From an uncultured virus (IMG/VR IMGVR_UViG_3300042691_011955) (Duplodnaviria; Heunggongvirae; Uroviricota; Caudoviricetes), in IMG/VR virus record IMGVR_UViG_3300042691_011955: a stretch of DNA of 64,000 nucleotides. One strand, given 5' to 3'. A program made the position numbers and the translations under genes. This document shows positions 9,102 through 18,997 of the stretch, in pieces. Numbering within the stretch: the stretch's first letter is position 1; each line of letters opens with the position of its first letter. Below the pieces are notes generated by a model. The model saw nothing but the letters and a program-made list of their open reading frames with translations, had not been told where the DNA came from and ran no database searches.

Positions 9102-9461
9102 ATGCCTTCAGTAACAAGAGTTAACCCAACAGCAGTAGCATTAGGTACAGTACAACGTACATTCCAACAAACCGTATACAAATATGTATTGAGCGGTTCC
9201 GATGGCGCAGTTGCTCTAACAGCAACTTCAGCAACACCAGTAACCGACGAAATTGGTACAACTTCAGCAGTATTCCAAGTTAAGAGTGATGGCCTTGCTA
9301 TCCTTGCATTTGGTGATCGTCATGCATTGGATGTTGATGCACTAGCAATCCGTGCTGGTCGTATCATTGGTGCTGGTTCCCTAACATCAAGCGGTGTTTG
9401 GACATTCACAGCAGGTGGTACACTAACTGTAACAGAGCCAAGTTCATTGTACGCAATGTAA
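9102..9461 (+). CDS. probable abundant virion structural protein
   Basis: own TAAATA promoter (9040), 5' hairpin CTTCTCG-GAG-CGAGAAG, AAGGAGA SD, own terminator; A/T/G/S-rich. Confidence 0.55.
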   Translation: MPSVTRVNPTAVALGTVQRTFQQTVYKYVLSGSDGAVALTATSATPVTDEIGTTSAVFQVKSDGLAILAFGDRHALDVDALAIRAGRIIGAGSLTSSGVWTFTAGGTLTVTEPSSLYAM

Positions 9462-9483
9462 TATTCCCCGGGATGGGAAGACT

Positions 9484-9510
9484 AAGCCCACTTTTACAGT
9501 GGGCTTTTTT
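9484..9510 (+). terminator. intrinsic terminator
   Basis: AAGCCCACT-TTTAC-AGTGGGCTT plus T run. Confidence 0.85.
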
Positions 9511-9528
9511 ACGGCTGTTAAATACTAG

Positions 9529-9915
9529 ATGAAATTTAAAATCAAGACACTTGTTGATATAACAGAAACACGAGCTAGAAAAGGTGATGATCCCCAGCTT
9601 ACTAGACAACAAGCAAACTTTATGACCCTTTATAATACCATAGGGTTACGCACCAACGCTACTGACTTTTATATAAAAGTTTCTAAAGAAGATGCAAAGA
9701 TATTTGGATCTAGTTTTAAGGGCAAAAAAACTGTGTGGACTGCGGAGTTTTATGTAGAAGCTGAAGCTAGTTTATCAGTAGACATGATGCTTAACGATTT
9801 TGATTTAGTACCATTTATTGCAGACCTTACAGAAGATGCAAAGTTTGACTCCAACGTATTTAGAACGCAAGACCCTAATCACACAAACATTATTTTTGAA
9901 CAACTAGATAAATAA
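9529..9915 (+). CDS. hypothetical late protein
   Basis: 128-aa ORF directly after TAAATA. Confidence 0.7.
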   Translation: MKFKIKTLVDITETRARKGDDPQLTRQQANFMTLYNTIGLRTNATDFYIKVSKEDAKIFGSSFKGKKTVWTAEFYVEAEASLSVDMMLNDFDLVPFIADLTEDAKFDSNVFRTQDPNHTNIIFEQLDK

Positions 9916-9998
9916 TACACAAGGCACACAACAGGCGATTTCAACTTAAACACATGTCCGAAAGGACCTTGACTTAATATACACGGAGAACGCCTAAA

Positions 9999-10319
9999 AT
10001 GGCTACAACAGTAGAACGACTTGGTATAGTAGAAACTAAGGTAATAAACTTAGACGAAAAAATAGATGATCTCAAGATCGATGTTAGGGACATTCACGAT
10101 TGTCTAGACAGAACAGGCGATGAGCTCAAAGCACAGCTTCACAGTATGCATGAAGACAGCTGCCAACAACACAAACAGTTATCCGCTAAAATAGCAGAGA
10201 TGGAAAAAGCCAAAGACAAGTTGTTAAAATACGGCTTGGTATCTCTAGCATTCATCGCAGGTCTTGGATGGACCGGCAATCTCACTATTCAAACTGTTTT
10301 TAAATTCTTCGGAATCTGA
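9999..10319 (+). CDS. coiled-coil protein with C-terminal membrane anchor (holin/XhlA-like architecture)
   Basis: heptad-like N-terminus and C-terminal hydrophobic segment YGLVSLAFIAGLGW. Confidence 0.5.
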   Translation: MATTVERLGIVETKVINLDEKIDDLKIDVRDIHDCLDRTGDELKAQLHSMHEDSCQQHKQLSAKIAEMEKAKDKLLKYGLVSLAFIAGLGWTGNLTIQTVFKFFGI

Positions 10320-10355
10320 AATCTTTAGTCGGGACCTATCCCGATAAATAACTGC

Positions 10356-10643
10356 ATGTTATTAAGAGAACTTACCATAAGCCTTGACGAGAAACAAGTC
10401 TGGGCACGTAGCGGAAAAAAGGTCGTTCGCAAATATAGATGCATGGGCGGTCGTCGGCACGGGCGTATTGTAGCCAACATGAGTCAATGTTTTGCACCAC
10501 CGGATCTTAAGAAAAGCAAAAGATTAAAAGTTACAAAAGCACGTATGGGTGCTAGATTGTCAAGAAAGTCAAATAGAACTAAGCGAGTAAATTCAGCTAG
10601 CAAGAGAGTTCAACAGCTTAATAAATCAACTAGGAAACACTGA
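10356..10643 (+). CDS. highly basic protein, paralog 1
   Basis: W.R.G.K.VRKYRC..G.R.GR motif shared with the next ORF; K/R-rich. Confidence 0.75.
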   Translation: MLLRELTISLDEKQVWARSGKKVVRKYRCMGGRRHGRIVANMSQCFAPPDLKKSKRLKVTKARMGARLSRKSNRTKRVNSASKRVQQLNKSTRKH

Positions 10644-10644
10644 T

Positions 10645-10944
10645 ATGTTTATTAGAGAACTATTTGAAGCTGGTGGAAACACTTGGGGCCGCAAGGGAAA
10701 TAAAACTGTTCGTAAGTATCGCTGCACATATGGTCCTCGCAAGGGCAGAGTTATGAGTTCTCCAGCAGCATGCAACAAGCCCATAGACATACAAAAGAGT
10801 GTTACCCTAAAACAAACAAAACAGAAAAAGGGCGGATCGATGAAGGTTAAATCTAAACTTACAAAACGATCAAATTCTGCATCTCTTAGACTTAAGAAGT
10901 TAAATAAACCAAGACATTCAACAAACAGAGCAAGGAAAATATAA
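10645..10944 (+). CDS. highly basic protein, paralog 2
   Basis: WGRKGNKTVRKYRCTYGPRKGR; NSAS.R...LNK shared with paralog 1. Confidence 0.75.
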   Translation: MFIRELFEAGGNTWGRKGNKTVRKYRCTYGPRKGRVMSSPAACNKPIDIQKSVTLKQTKQKKGGSMKVKSKLTKRSNSASLRLKKLNKPRHSTNRARKI

Positions 10945-11201
10945 TGAAAATTTCAGAAGTAATGCAGCCCTCAAAAGTTACTAAAGTGATGCCTAATCAA
11001 AGTGCAGAAATTGATAATGGCGACGGTACTAAAACTGTGATTGATCTAAAGAAAAATCCGCAAGCTCTAGCTAAAGATCCTGCTACTGGAAAAGTTAAAT
11101 TAAGTACAAATGCACAGCAGAAGCCCGGGCAAGCAACTATGTCTAAACCAAACACAACAATTAAACCGGGCGATAAAGTAGAGCTTGACGACGAAATATG
11201 A
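10944..11201 (+). CDS. hypothetical protein
   Basis: 85-aa ORF, TAATG coupling. Confidence 0.7.
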   Translation: MKISEVMQPSKVTKVMPNQSAEIDNGDGTKTVIDLKKNPQALAKDPATGKVKLSTNAQQKPGQATMSKPNTTIKPGDKVELDDEI

Positions 11202-11398
11202 AAATCAACCAACTGATCAGTTCGTTTACAATACATATGAGCAACGACGAAGCTCGTGTATACAACAGCATCCAAGCTGCAACCTATCTACACGAATTCA
11301 ACGAACGTGATCGTTTCATAATAGAAAACCTAGTGCGCAAAAGTCTTATAAGTAAAGTAAGGAGCGACGGTTCTGTTATGGTGATTAAAAATGATTAA
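11198..11398 (+). CDS. small hypothetical protein, possibly winged-helix-like
   Basis: 66-aa ORF, ATGA overlap; IIENLVRKSLISKV. Confidence 0.55.
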   Translation: MKINQLISSFTIHMSNDEARVYNSIQAATYLHEFNERDRFIIENLVRKSLISKVRSDGSVMVIKND

Positions 11399-11816
11399 CA
11401 AAATTAAACTAATACAAGACCTAGAAGAACTGTTGGATGTAAAGATTGATCCTGCTAAGTTTCCATATCAAAAAGGAAACAGTATCCGCATAGGAAAATA
11501 TGTTGTTAGAGAAAACAAACGAGGTTTTTTTAGGATTTTTGATTGCGAGTACAATGCGCAGATTGCTGAAACTTTTTGCAAAACTTCAGCAATAGCCCTA
11601 GCAAAATCAATGGCTTCTGGGACTGATCATAAAACACGAATAATGAGCCTTGATCAAGACATACAAAAATGGTATAATGATTGTGTATTTTACAAGCACA
11701 ACATTAAAACTACCAAAGATTATAACAGGAAAGACATACTTGAAATGCGTTACGACATAGCAAGATCCAGAACTGCAGAAGCTAAACAACAGCTAGATCG
11801 AATCATCTTAGGATGA
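11391..11816 (+). CDS. hypothetical protein
   Basis: 141-aa ORF in operon. Confidence 0.7.
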   Translation: MINKIKLIQDLEELLDVKIDPAKFPYQKGNSIRIGKYVVRENKRGFFRIFDCEYNAQIAETFCKTSAIALAKSMASGTDHKTRIMSLDQDIQKWYNDCVFYKHNIKTTKDYNRKDILEMRYDIARSRTAEAKQQLDRIILG

Positions 11817-11861
11817 AAAGACTAAATAAAGTGTACGCTATTCAAACTAGGAAGAGTTAAT

Positions 11862-12695
11862 ATGAATATTAGAGAAATATCTAAACCAATGACAGCTAAA
11901 AGCCTAAACGAAAGTTTAGCTAAAAGATTCGGCACTAGAATCGATATCGGTGCTTTTACGCTTGAGCAACTACAGGATGCTCGAAACAGACTGCGCACAA
12001 AGATTTCGCAAGTAGAAACAAATGAAAGTTTTGGTTCTGTACTTAAGAACGAAAGCTACCAAAAATCAAAACTATTCCTAGACGTTTTAAATGCTGCTAT
12101 TTTAGAGCGCGAAGATGTAGCTGATCCTAAAAAGACTGCTGATGAAAAGCGTAAAAAAGAAGAAAAGAAAAAGAAAATTGCTAAAATTGTAGACGAAGAT
12201 TCTAGAATAGTTGAAGGCGCAGAAGATCATGCAGAGCTAGTAATGGCAGCTAAAGATATGGTTGATCGTCTTACTGGTTGGATGGAAGACACAGCAGAAA
12301 TGCAGACAGAATCTATGCTTGACCTAGCTGACGCAGTGCGTGATGAAATGGGCCAAGAACAGGCAGACGCATTTGTTAACTCAGTTAAGCCTGCACTAGA
12401 ATCATTGTATGCTGCAATGGAAACTACTCGTGTTGCACTAACACAAGGTGTTGGACAACTAACAGGTGAAGCTGAGCCGACAGACACAATGGGCGCAGAC
12501 GTAGGCGATGAAGAGCCATTGCCAGACATGGGCGGAGATATAGGCGATGACATGGAACCAACTCTAGATGATGAAGATGAATTTGCAACAGCCGCTCCAG
12601 CAGCAGGTGGTGCTGAAGAAGCTGGTCGTGCAAAGCGCGAATCAATACAGTTTTCCCGCAGATTAGGCACATTACTAAGTTCAAAAAAAAAGTAA
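11862..12695 (+). CDS. acidic helical late protein, prohead core/scaffold-like
   Basis: TAAATA promoter, E/D-rich, repeated xxE-S/G sites; ends in slippery TCA AAA AAA AAG TAA. Confidence 0.55.
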   Translation: MNIREISKPMTAKSLNESLAKRFGTRIDIGAFTLEQLQDARNRLRTKISQVETNESFGSVLKNESYQKSKLFLDVLNAAILEREDVADPKKTADEKRKKEEKKKKIAKIVDEDSRIVEGAEDHAELVMAAKDMVDRLTGWMEDTAEMQTESMLDLADAVRDEMGQEQADAFVNSVKPALESLYAAMETTRVALTQGVGQLTGEAEPTDTMGADVGDEEPLPDMGGDIGDDMEPTLDDEDEFATAAPAAGGAEEAGRAKRESIQFSRRLGTLLSSKKK

Positions 12696-13078
12696 CTGAA
12701 GCTGAAACATCAATTGACTCAACAAAACTAATACAAGTTTTAAGAACAGTAATAGGCAGTGCAGACCGTAAAGGTACTACTGCCTATTTGCATTTTAATA
12801 AGCCCAGACCAAATGAAATTAAATCAGGTGCGATGAATCTTGATCTTAATAAATTAATGCAGAATGTAGATTCTGAAGAGTTTCATTACGATACTTTCAA
12901 AGCAGCCTATGACACAGATCCTAGAATAAAAGCTCTAATAGCAAACTTCAGTGAACGAGGAATAGAACCTAAGACTAAAAAAGCACCATCAGATGTACCT
13001 CAAGGTGACAGATCAAATGCTGGAGCATCTGTAGGCGCTATGGCTAAACGAGCAACTAACTTAGACGACAAATTGTAA
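12692..13078 (+). CDS. -1 frame extension of the 11862 gene (probable frameshift product)
   Basis: frame is open from 12692 (VTEAETSIDSTKLIQVLRT...) to 13078; no ATG until well inside; the track start is a TTG without SD. Confidence 0.65.
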   Translation, partial: VTEAETSIDSTKLIQVLRTVIGSADRKGTTAYLHFNKPRPNEIKSGAMNLDLNKLMQNVDSEEFHYDTFKAAYDTDPRIKALIANFSERGIEPKTKKAPSDVPQGDRSNAGASVGAMAKRATNLDDKL

Positions 13079-13079
13079 C

Positions 13080-13700
13080 ATGCGACTAGCCAGACAGGAC
13101 TATTTGTTAATTTCAAATCCGTTGTGTCTTAGAGCAGTTGAAAATCTAGACAAAGAAGATTTTCAGTATTTTGACAAAGACGGGTTTGAGTTAAATCAAG
13201 CAGAGCGCAAATTTTATTCCGCTATGCAATATCCTATCAATCATCCTATATTAAATCATGTGTGTTGGCAAGAACCTTGGTTTGAATTAGAAGATGATAA
13301 TTTATTTTTAGATCATTCACTAATACTACATCGGTGCTCTTATGCAGAATATGCATTTGAACAACTAACTAAAATTTCTAAAGAAATTCCACAAGCACGT
13401 ATGCTACTGCAAGCAAAACAGAAATGGGGCTATGACTTTGATCTAAATGCAACAGCACCTAGTGGAGAAGTGTTTGAAGTATTACACATAGAACACGACA
13501 ATGTTAATTATGAAATGTTTAAAAATCAACTCATATGTATAGAATACACAATTAGACACATGGACTGGAAAGATGCGGCGCAACGTGTTTGGAACAAACG
13601 TGATCAATGGAAAGATCTAAAAGGCTTTGAACAAAACCATTGGAAGGCTAACTTTTTGATAGGCTGGTCTAAATCAGAATCTCTTGAAAAAGCATTTTAA
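13080..13700 (+). CDS. hypothetical protein
   Basis: 206-aa ORF. Confidence 0.7.
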   Translation: MRLARQDYLLISNPLCLRAVENLDKEDFQYFDKDGFELNQAERKFYSAMQYPINHPILNHVCWQEPWFELEDDNLFLDHSLILHRCSYAEYAFEQLTKISKEIPQARMLLQAKQKWGYDFDLNATAPSGEVFEVLHIEHDNVNYEMFKNQLICIEYTIRHMDWKDAAQRVWNKRDQWKDLKGFEQNHWKANFLIGWSKSESLEKAF

Positions 13701-13756
13701 TTGCTTGACAAAAAGTTATTTCTAGTGTAGTATAGTTAACTAGGAGTATAATTATA

Positions 13757-14437
13757 ATGACTTTAATTGTTGAGCGTTACAAGTATGAAAAAATAGAAAG
13801 AACGTCAGTAGAGGGAAAAAGAAAATATTTGACGCCCGACGGATTTGCTGTAGCCTCAGTAACTACAATACTAGATGCTACCAAAGATAAAACACATCTA
13901 CACGCCTGGCGGAAAAGAATAGGCGAACAAAAAGCTACTGAAATTACCACAGAAGCAGCAGGTGTTGGAACCCGCATGCACAAATATCTTGAAGATTACA
14001 TAGACACTGCCGTATGGCCTAGTCCGGGTTCAAATCCCTACGCACAACAAGCACATAAGATGGCAGAACAGATTAAACAACATGCTCTTTCAAACGTTGA
14101 CGAAATATGGGGCAGCGAAGTAAACTTATATGTGCCACAAATGTACGCTGGAACTACTGATCTAGTAGGAGTTTACAAAGGCAATCCATCTATTATGGAT
14201 TTTAAACAAAGCAATAAACCTAAGAAAGTTGAGTGGATTGAAGATTATTTTCTACAGCTCGTAGCTTATGCAGAAGCACATAATGAAATGCACGGTACAA
14301 ATATTTGTGAAGGGCATGTGTTTATTTGTACTAGAGATTGTGAATATCAGCAGTTTGACATATGGCCTGCTGAATACGAAGAATGGCGCAAAGAATGGTA
14401 CGATAGAGTCTACAAGTATTACGAGTCCTACGCATAA
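13757..14437 (+). CDS. PD-(D/E)XK exonuclease (Cas4/RecB-like)
   Basis: SVTTIL, GTRMH, YAGTTDL, IMDFKQS, QLVAY; TTGACA promoter at 13705 and AGGAG SD. Confidence 0.9.
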   Translation: MTLIVERYKYEKIERTSVEGKRKYLTPDGFAVASVTTILDATKDKTHLHAWRKRIGEQKATEITTEAAGVGTRMHKYLEDYIDTAVWPSPGSNPYAQQAHKMAEQIKQHALSNVDEIWGSEVNLYVPQMYAGTTDLVGVYKGNPSIMDFKQSNKPKKVEWIEDYFLQLVAYAEAHNEMHGTNICEGHVFICTRDCEYQQFDIWPAEYEEWRKEWYDRVYKYYESYA

Positions 14438-14467
14438 ATATATAAAATAACTGTGTAGGAGAATCTA

Positions 14468-16201
14468 GTGGCTGTCGTACAAATAAGCAAGATACAAATT
14501 AGAAGAGGGCAGGAGAATCAAGGTTCCGGACTCCCACAGCTGGCCAGCGGCGAATTAGGCTGGGCAATTGACACACAAGCACTATACATAGGCAACGGTA
14601 GTGTAGCGGAAGGTGCTCCTACAGTAGGTAATACTAAGATCATTACCGAACACGATGATCTTTTTACCCTAGCAGATAGTTATATCTACAAAGAAAACAG
14701 CGGCGTAGTTGTTACTGGTGTAGATGCTTCAAATCCTGTTAGAAGAACACTGCAAGAAAGACTAGATGACGAAGTCAGCGTTAAAGCATTTGGTGTACAA
14801 GGAATTGAAGCAGTTGATTGTACTGTAGCTCTACAAAGAGCTATTGATCAGTTGTTTCTAAACGGTGGACTAGAAGTTACTACAAGTAACAGAGTAGTCC
14901 TTGAAATGGAGCCTGGAGTATACACTATCAGTAACACGATTTATATCCCGCCACACGCTACGATACGAGGCGCTGGATCTGGCAAAACCGTAATTAGACA
15001 AATAGGAAATAATAAAGCAGTTTTCCAAACAGTAAACGATTCTAGTACAGCAGGTACACCTGCTGCTGACTCAACTAGCACATTTAATAACCAAGCAAGA
15101 AACATTACCTTGTATGGTCTAACATTAAAAGCAGTAGGTACTAGCAAAGGTTTAGTTTTACAAAGTTGTAGAGACAGCATATTTGAAGATGTTGAAATAG
15201 TTGGTACATGGTCTCTAGGAACTATTTTGCCTCTTGGCACTGACTCTCTTGAGAACGGTGTTAACTCAACTAACATAACTTCAAATATTGGGTTAACCTT
15301 AAACAGTAAGAATGGCGGTGTTGAAACTGTTCGAAATAAATTTATAAATTGCTCAATTAAAAATTGGGCATATGATATTGTTTCAAACTGGGACATTAAC
15401 GATAATGTGTTTAGTATTTGTAATTTTTCTGAAAGTGGATTTGGTGCTGTATTTGGTAAAGATATGACCATTGACGGCTCAGTTGCTAATGGTACAGCTA
15501 CAGGTCCTACAAACAATATTTGGTCTGACTGTGTGTTTACCAACATAGAACGTCAGGCAATTTTAATTAATGAAGGTACTTACAACGTAAGTCGAAATAA
15601 CAAGTTCATAACCTGCGGTAATGACGGTGGGTCAGACGATCAGCCAGTATACAGTATCATTAAATATTCAAGACTAGGCAATACATCCGTTAATGACTTT
15701 TTTACACGTACACGAGTATTATCTTACACACAGACAATTAATCCTTTAGTGACTCCAAACATCTTAGGCAATGTACCATACATAGCCGAAGTACAAGGAC
15801 CAACAAACTACAGTTGGGGTTTTGAGCATCAGCTCACAATTTTAAGTGGACAACAGCTTACATTGTTTCGCCTACCCCAAGCAATTAATCAAGCATTTGA
15901 AATATCTTATTCAATGGTAAGTGAAACATACAATGCAATGAGGACTGGAAAATTAACTATAATGTTAAATGGTAGGACTGATGTCAGCGCCGGAACTCCT
16001 CGAGTAGAGGTTTCGGATGACTACCACTACGTTGGCGACTCAACATATCTTGACAGTATCTATTTAGATGCTATACTAAGAGATATTAACACTGACGGTA
16101 ATTTTGATACATTAGTAATTAGAAGCAATAGTTTAATGATCAGCGATGACAGAACACAATTTAAGTTTAGAGTCGAAACGAAACAAACTGACCTATCTTA
16201 A
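14468..16201 (+). CDS. tail fibre/spike-like protein with Mtd-type N-terminus and beta-helix (pectate-lyase-like) domain
   Basis: IQIRRG...LASGELGWAIDTQALYIGNG; VSVKAFGVQG..DCTVALQRAID..PGVYTIS; N/S/T-rich repeats. Confidence 0.75.
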   Translation: MAVVQISKIQIRRGQENQGSGLPQLASGELGWAIDTQALYIGNGSVAEGAPTVGNTKIITEHDDLFTLADSYIYKENSGVVVTGVDASNPVRRTLQERLDDEVSVKAFGVQGIEAVDCTVALQRAIDQLFLNGGLEVTTSNRVVLEMEPGVYTISNTIYIPPHATIRGAGSGKTVIRQIGNNKAVFQTVNDSSTAGTPAADSTSTFNNQARNITLYGLTLKAVGTSKGLVLQSCRDSIFEDVEIVGTWSLGTILPLGTDSLENGVNSTNITSNIGLTLNSKNGGVETVRNKFINCSIKNWAYDIVSNWDINDNVFSICNFSESGFGAVFGKDMTIDGSVANGTATGPTNNIWSDCVFTNIERQAILINEGTYNVSRNNKFITCGNDGGSDDQPVYSIIKYSRLGNTSVNDFFTRTRVLSYTQTINPLVTPNILGNVPYIAEVQGPTNYSWGFEHQLTILSGQQLTLFRLPQAINQAFEISYSMVSETYNAMRTGKLTIMLNGRTDVSAGTPRVEVSDDYHYVGDSTYLDSIYLDAILRDINTDGNFDTLVIRSNSLMISDDRTQFKFRVETKQTDLS

Positions 16202-16626
16202 TGTTTGATCAAATTTATGAAGAGCGCCTTGCCACCTGGCGAAATTTTAGAGACCAATTAGAACTGTCGCTATCTCCGCTAAAGGATGTTATTGTATTTT
16301 ATAAATTAGCACCCTATGTAAGCATATTAACAGATCCTTGGGATAAATCTAGCTGGTTAGGACCTTGGGAACTTCTTTATGAAAATCAATATTGTGAGTT
16401 TTCTCGTGTACTAGGAATGTGCTATTCATTACAATTAACTGAACGTTTTAAAGATAAAATGTTTGAGATACATATTGCTATGGATCATTCTAAATCTCAA
16501 ACACACTACCTACTCTGCGTTAACGATTATGTAATTGGTTACGATGAGGATAACCCAGTTAAGCAAAATTCCTTACCAGACTATCTGGTATCACAAAGAA
16601 TATATGTGATGCATCCGCTTCACTAA
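16201..16626 (+). CDS. hypothetical protein
   Basis: 141-aa ORF, TAATG coupling. Confidence 0.7.
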   Translation: MFDQIYEERLATWRNFRDQLELSLSPLKDVIVFYKLAPYVSILTDPWDKSSWLGPWELLYENQYCEFSRVLGMCYSLQLTERFKDKMFEIHIAMDHSKSQTHYLLCVNDYVIGYDEDNPVKQNSLPDYLVSQRIYVMHPLH

Positions 16627-16660
16627 ATATCGAATACAAATAATTCAACGAGCAAAATAA

Positions 16661-18997
16661 ATGACAAAAATTACGGTAATAAAAAGATCGGGTAACAGGG
16701 AGCCACTAGCTGTAGAAAAGTGGCAGGCACAAGTAGCTAAGGTTTGTTCGGGCATAGCTGATGTAAGTCAGAGTATGATAGAGATCAAAGCTCAGCCACA
16801 TTTTTACGACGGCATGACAACTAGAGAGATTGACGAAGTAACTCTAAGAGCCATTGTAGATCTTATTGACGTTGAATCAAATCCAGATTTAGGACACACT
16901 AACTATCAACACGTTGCAGGTAAGCAACGACTTAGCATGTTGAGAAAAGATGTGTATGGTGATTACACGCCTCCCCACCTTTATGAGATTGTAAAGACTA
17001 ATGTAGCTACTGGTCTATATACTCCAGAACTTCTTGAGTGGTACACTGAAGAAGATTGGAATAAAATGAATGATATGCTAGATCATGACAAAGATGAACA
17101 ATACAGTTATGCTGCCATTGAACAGTTAATTGAAAAGTATTTGGTACGCAATCGTGCGACAAAGGAAATCTATGAAACACCACAAGTTCGTTATATGGTT
17201 GCGGCCGCGACTGTATTTCATAAAGAAGAACCTAACACGGCCCGTATGCGTTACATCAAAGAGTACTACAACTGTGCTTCAGATGGTTTGTTTACTCTTG
17301 CTACTCCTGTGTTGGCAGGGCTTGGGACTCCTACTAAACAGTTTAGTAGTTGTGTTCTTATCCGCAGTGACGATGATTTGGATAGCATATTTGCTAGTGG
17401 GGAGATGATGGCCAAGTATGCCAGCAAACGTGCTGGTATTGGTTTAGAGATTGGTAGGTTGCGTCCGCTAGGCAGTCCTATTCGCGGTGGCGAAATCATG
17501 CACACTGGCATGATACCTTTCTTAAAGAAGTGGTTTGGAGATTTGCGATCATGTTCACAAGGAGGTATCCGCAATGCAAGTGCTACTGTATTTTATCCTA
17601 TTTGGCATCATCAGTTTGATGATCTTATTGTACTTAAGAACAACCAAGGAACAGAGGAAACCCGAGTCCGTCATATGGATTATGGGGTTGTGCTTAGTAG
17701 TTTCTTCTGGAGACGATTCAAGAACAAAGAAAACATAACATTTTTTGATCCCAATGAAGTACCTGATTTGTACGAAGCGTTTTACTCTAATACAAAGTTG
17801 TTTGAAGAATTATATGTTAAATACGAAAAACAAAAAGGCCTTCGTAAGAAGACTATGAGTGCCGAGGAAGTATTCAAAAGTGGTATTTTAAAGGAGAGAA
17901 CTGATACAGGACGAATCTATCTAGTCTTTATCGATAACGTGATGAATCAAGGCCCGTTCGATCCTGAATACCACACTATCTATCAGTCAAATTTATGTTG
18001 TGAAATTTTATTACCTACTAAATCTTTTAAGCGTCTCGATGACGCTGATGGTCGTATTGCTTTATGTACGTTGGGCAGTATCAACTGGGGAGCATTCCGT
18101 AACCCAGAAGATATGCGCCGTGCTTGCCGGATTTTACATCGCAGTCTTAACAACATTCTGGATTACCAAGACTTTCTAAGTATTCAAAGTAAACTAAGCA
18201 ATGACGAAATCCGTCCATTAGGTATTGGAGTTACTAATCTAGCTTACTGGCACGCCAAGCGCAGTCTTAAGTACGGAGACAAAGATGCACTGCAAGAAGT
18301 TAAGACATGGATGGAACATCAGTCATACTATCTTACAGAAGCTACTGTGGAGTTGGCTAAGGAACGTGGACCATGTGCTCACAGCGACAAAACACGTTAT
18401 GGACAAGGTAAGTTTCCATGGGAACTACGTGCTAACGGTGTTAACGAATTAGCTGATTTTGCTCCTGAGCTTGACTGGGAAAGCCTACGTGTTCAAATGA
18501 AAGAGCATGGTGTGCGTAATGCAACACAAATGGCTATTGCACCTGTAGAAAGTTCTAGTGTTGTTATTAACAGTACTAATGGTATCGAAATGCCAATGAG
18601 TTTGATTAGTACCAAAGAATCAAAAGCAGGATCATTTACACAAGTTGTTCCAGAGTATGCTAAGTTAAAAAACAAGTATCAAATGATGTGGGAACAAAAA
18701 GACTGCATTAATTATTTGAAAACAGCGGCTGTGCTACAAGCATATGTGGACCAAAGTATTTCAACAAATACTTTTTATAATCCTGCACATTTTCAAGACC
18801 GAAAGGTGCCAACTACATTAATTGCTAAAAACTTAATGCAGGCACAGATGTGGGGAATCAAAACATTCTACTATAGTTTAATTAACAAAGCGGGATCAAA
18901 ACAAGTAGAAGAAAAGATAAATGGTTTCCACATAGAAGAAACTAAATTTGAAATGGAACTAATGAATGACGATGATTGCGAGGCATGTAAATTATGA
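16661..18997 (+). CDS. nrdA: ribonucleotide reductase class Ia alpha subunit
   Basis: N-terminal ATP cone (VIKRSG), QFSSCVL, QSNLCCEI, KTFYY, C-terminal CEACKL. Confidence 0.98.
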   Translation: MTKITVIKRSGNREPLAVEKWQAQVAKVCSGIADVSQSMIEIKAQPHFYDGMTTREIDEVTLRAIVDLIDVESNPDLGHTNYQHVAGKQRLSMLRKDVYGDYTPPHLYEIVKTNVATGLYTPELLEWYTEEDWNKMNDMLDHDKDEQYSYAAIEQLIEKYLVRNRATKEIYETPQVRYMVAAATVFHKEEPNTARMRYIKEYYNCASDGLFTLATPVLAGLGTPTKQFSSCVLIRSDDDLDSIFASGEMMAKYASKRAGIGLEIGRLRPLGSPIRGGEIMHTGMIPFLKKWFGDLRSCSQGGIRNASATVFYPIWHHQFDDLIVLKNNQGTEETRVRHMDYGVVLSSFFWRRFKNKENITFFDPNEVPDLYEAFYSNTKLFEELYVKYEKQKGLRKKTMSAEEVFKSGILKERTDTGRIYLVFIDNVMNQGPFDPEYHTIYQSNLCCEILLPTKSFKRLDDADGRIALCTLGSINWGAFRNPEDMRRACRILHRSLNNILDYQDFLSIQSKLSNDEIRPLGIGVTNLAYWHAKRSLKYGDKDALQEVKTWMEHQSYYLTEATVELAKERGPCAHSDKTRYGQGKFPWELRANGVNELADFAPELDWESLRVQMKEHGVRNATQMAIAPVESSSVVINSTNGIEMPMSLISTKESKAGSFTQVVPEYAKLKNKYQMMWEQKDCINYLKTAAVLQAYVDQSISTNTFYNPAHFQDRKVPTTLIAKNLMQAQMWGIKTFYYSLINKAGSKQVEEKINGFHIEETKFEMELMNDDDCEACKL

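Noticed and set aside
14941..15546. Long antisense ORFs (also 12227..12670, 52977..53627 and others)
   Set aside because: Shadows of well-supported + strand genes, with no SD or motifs
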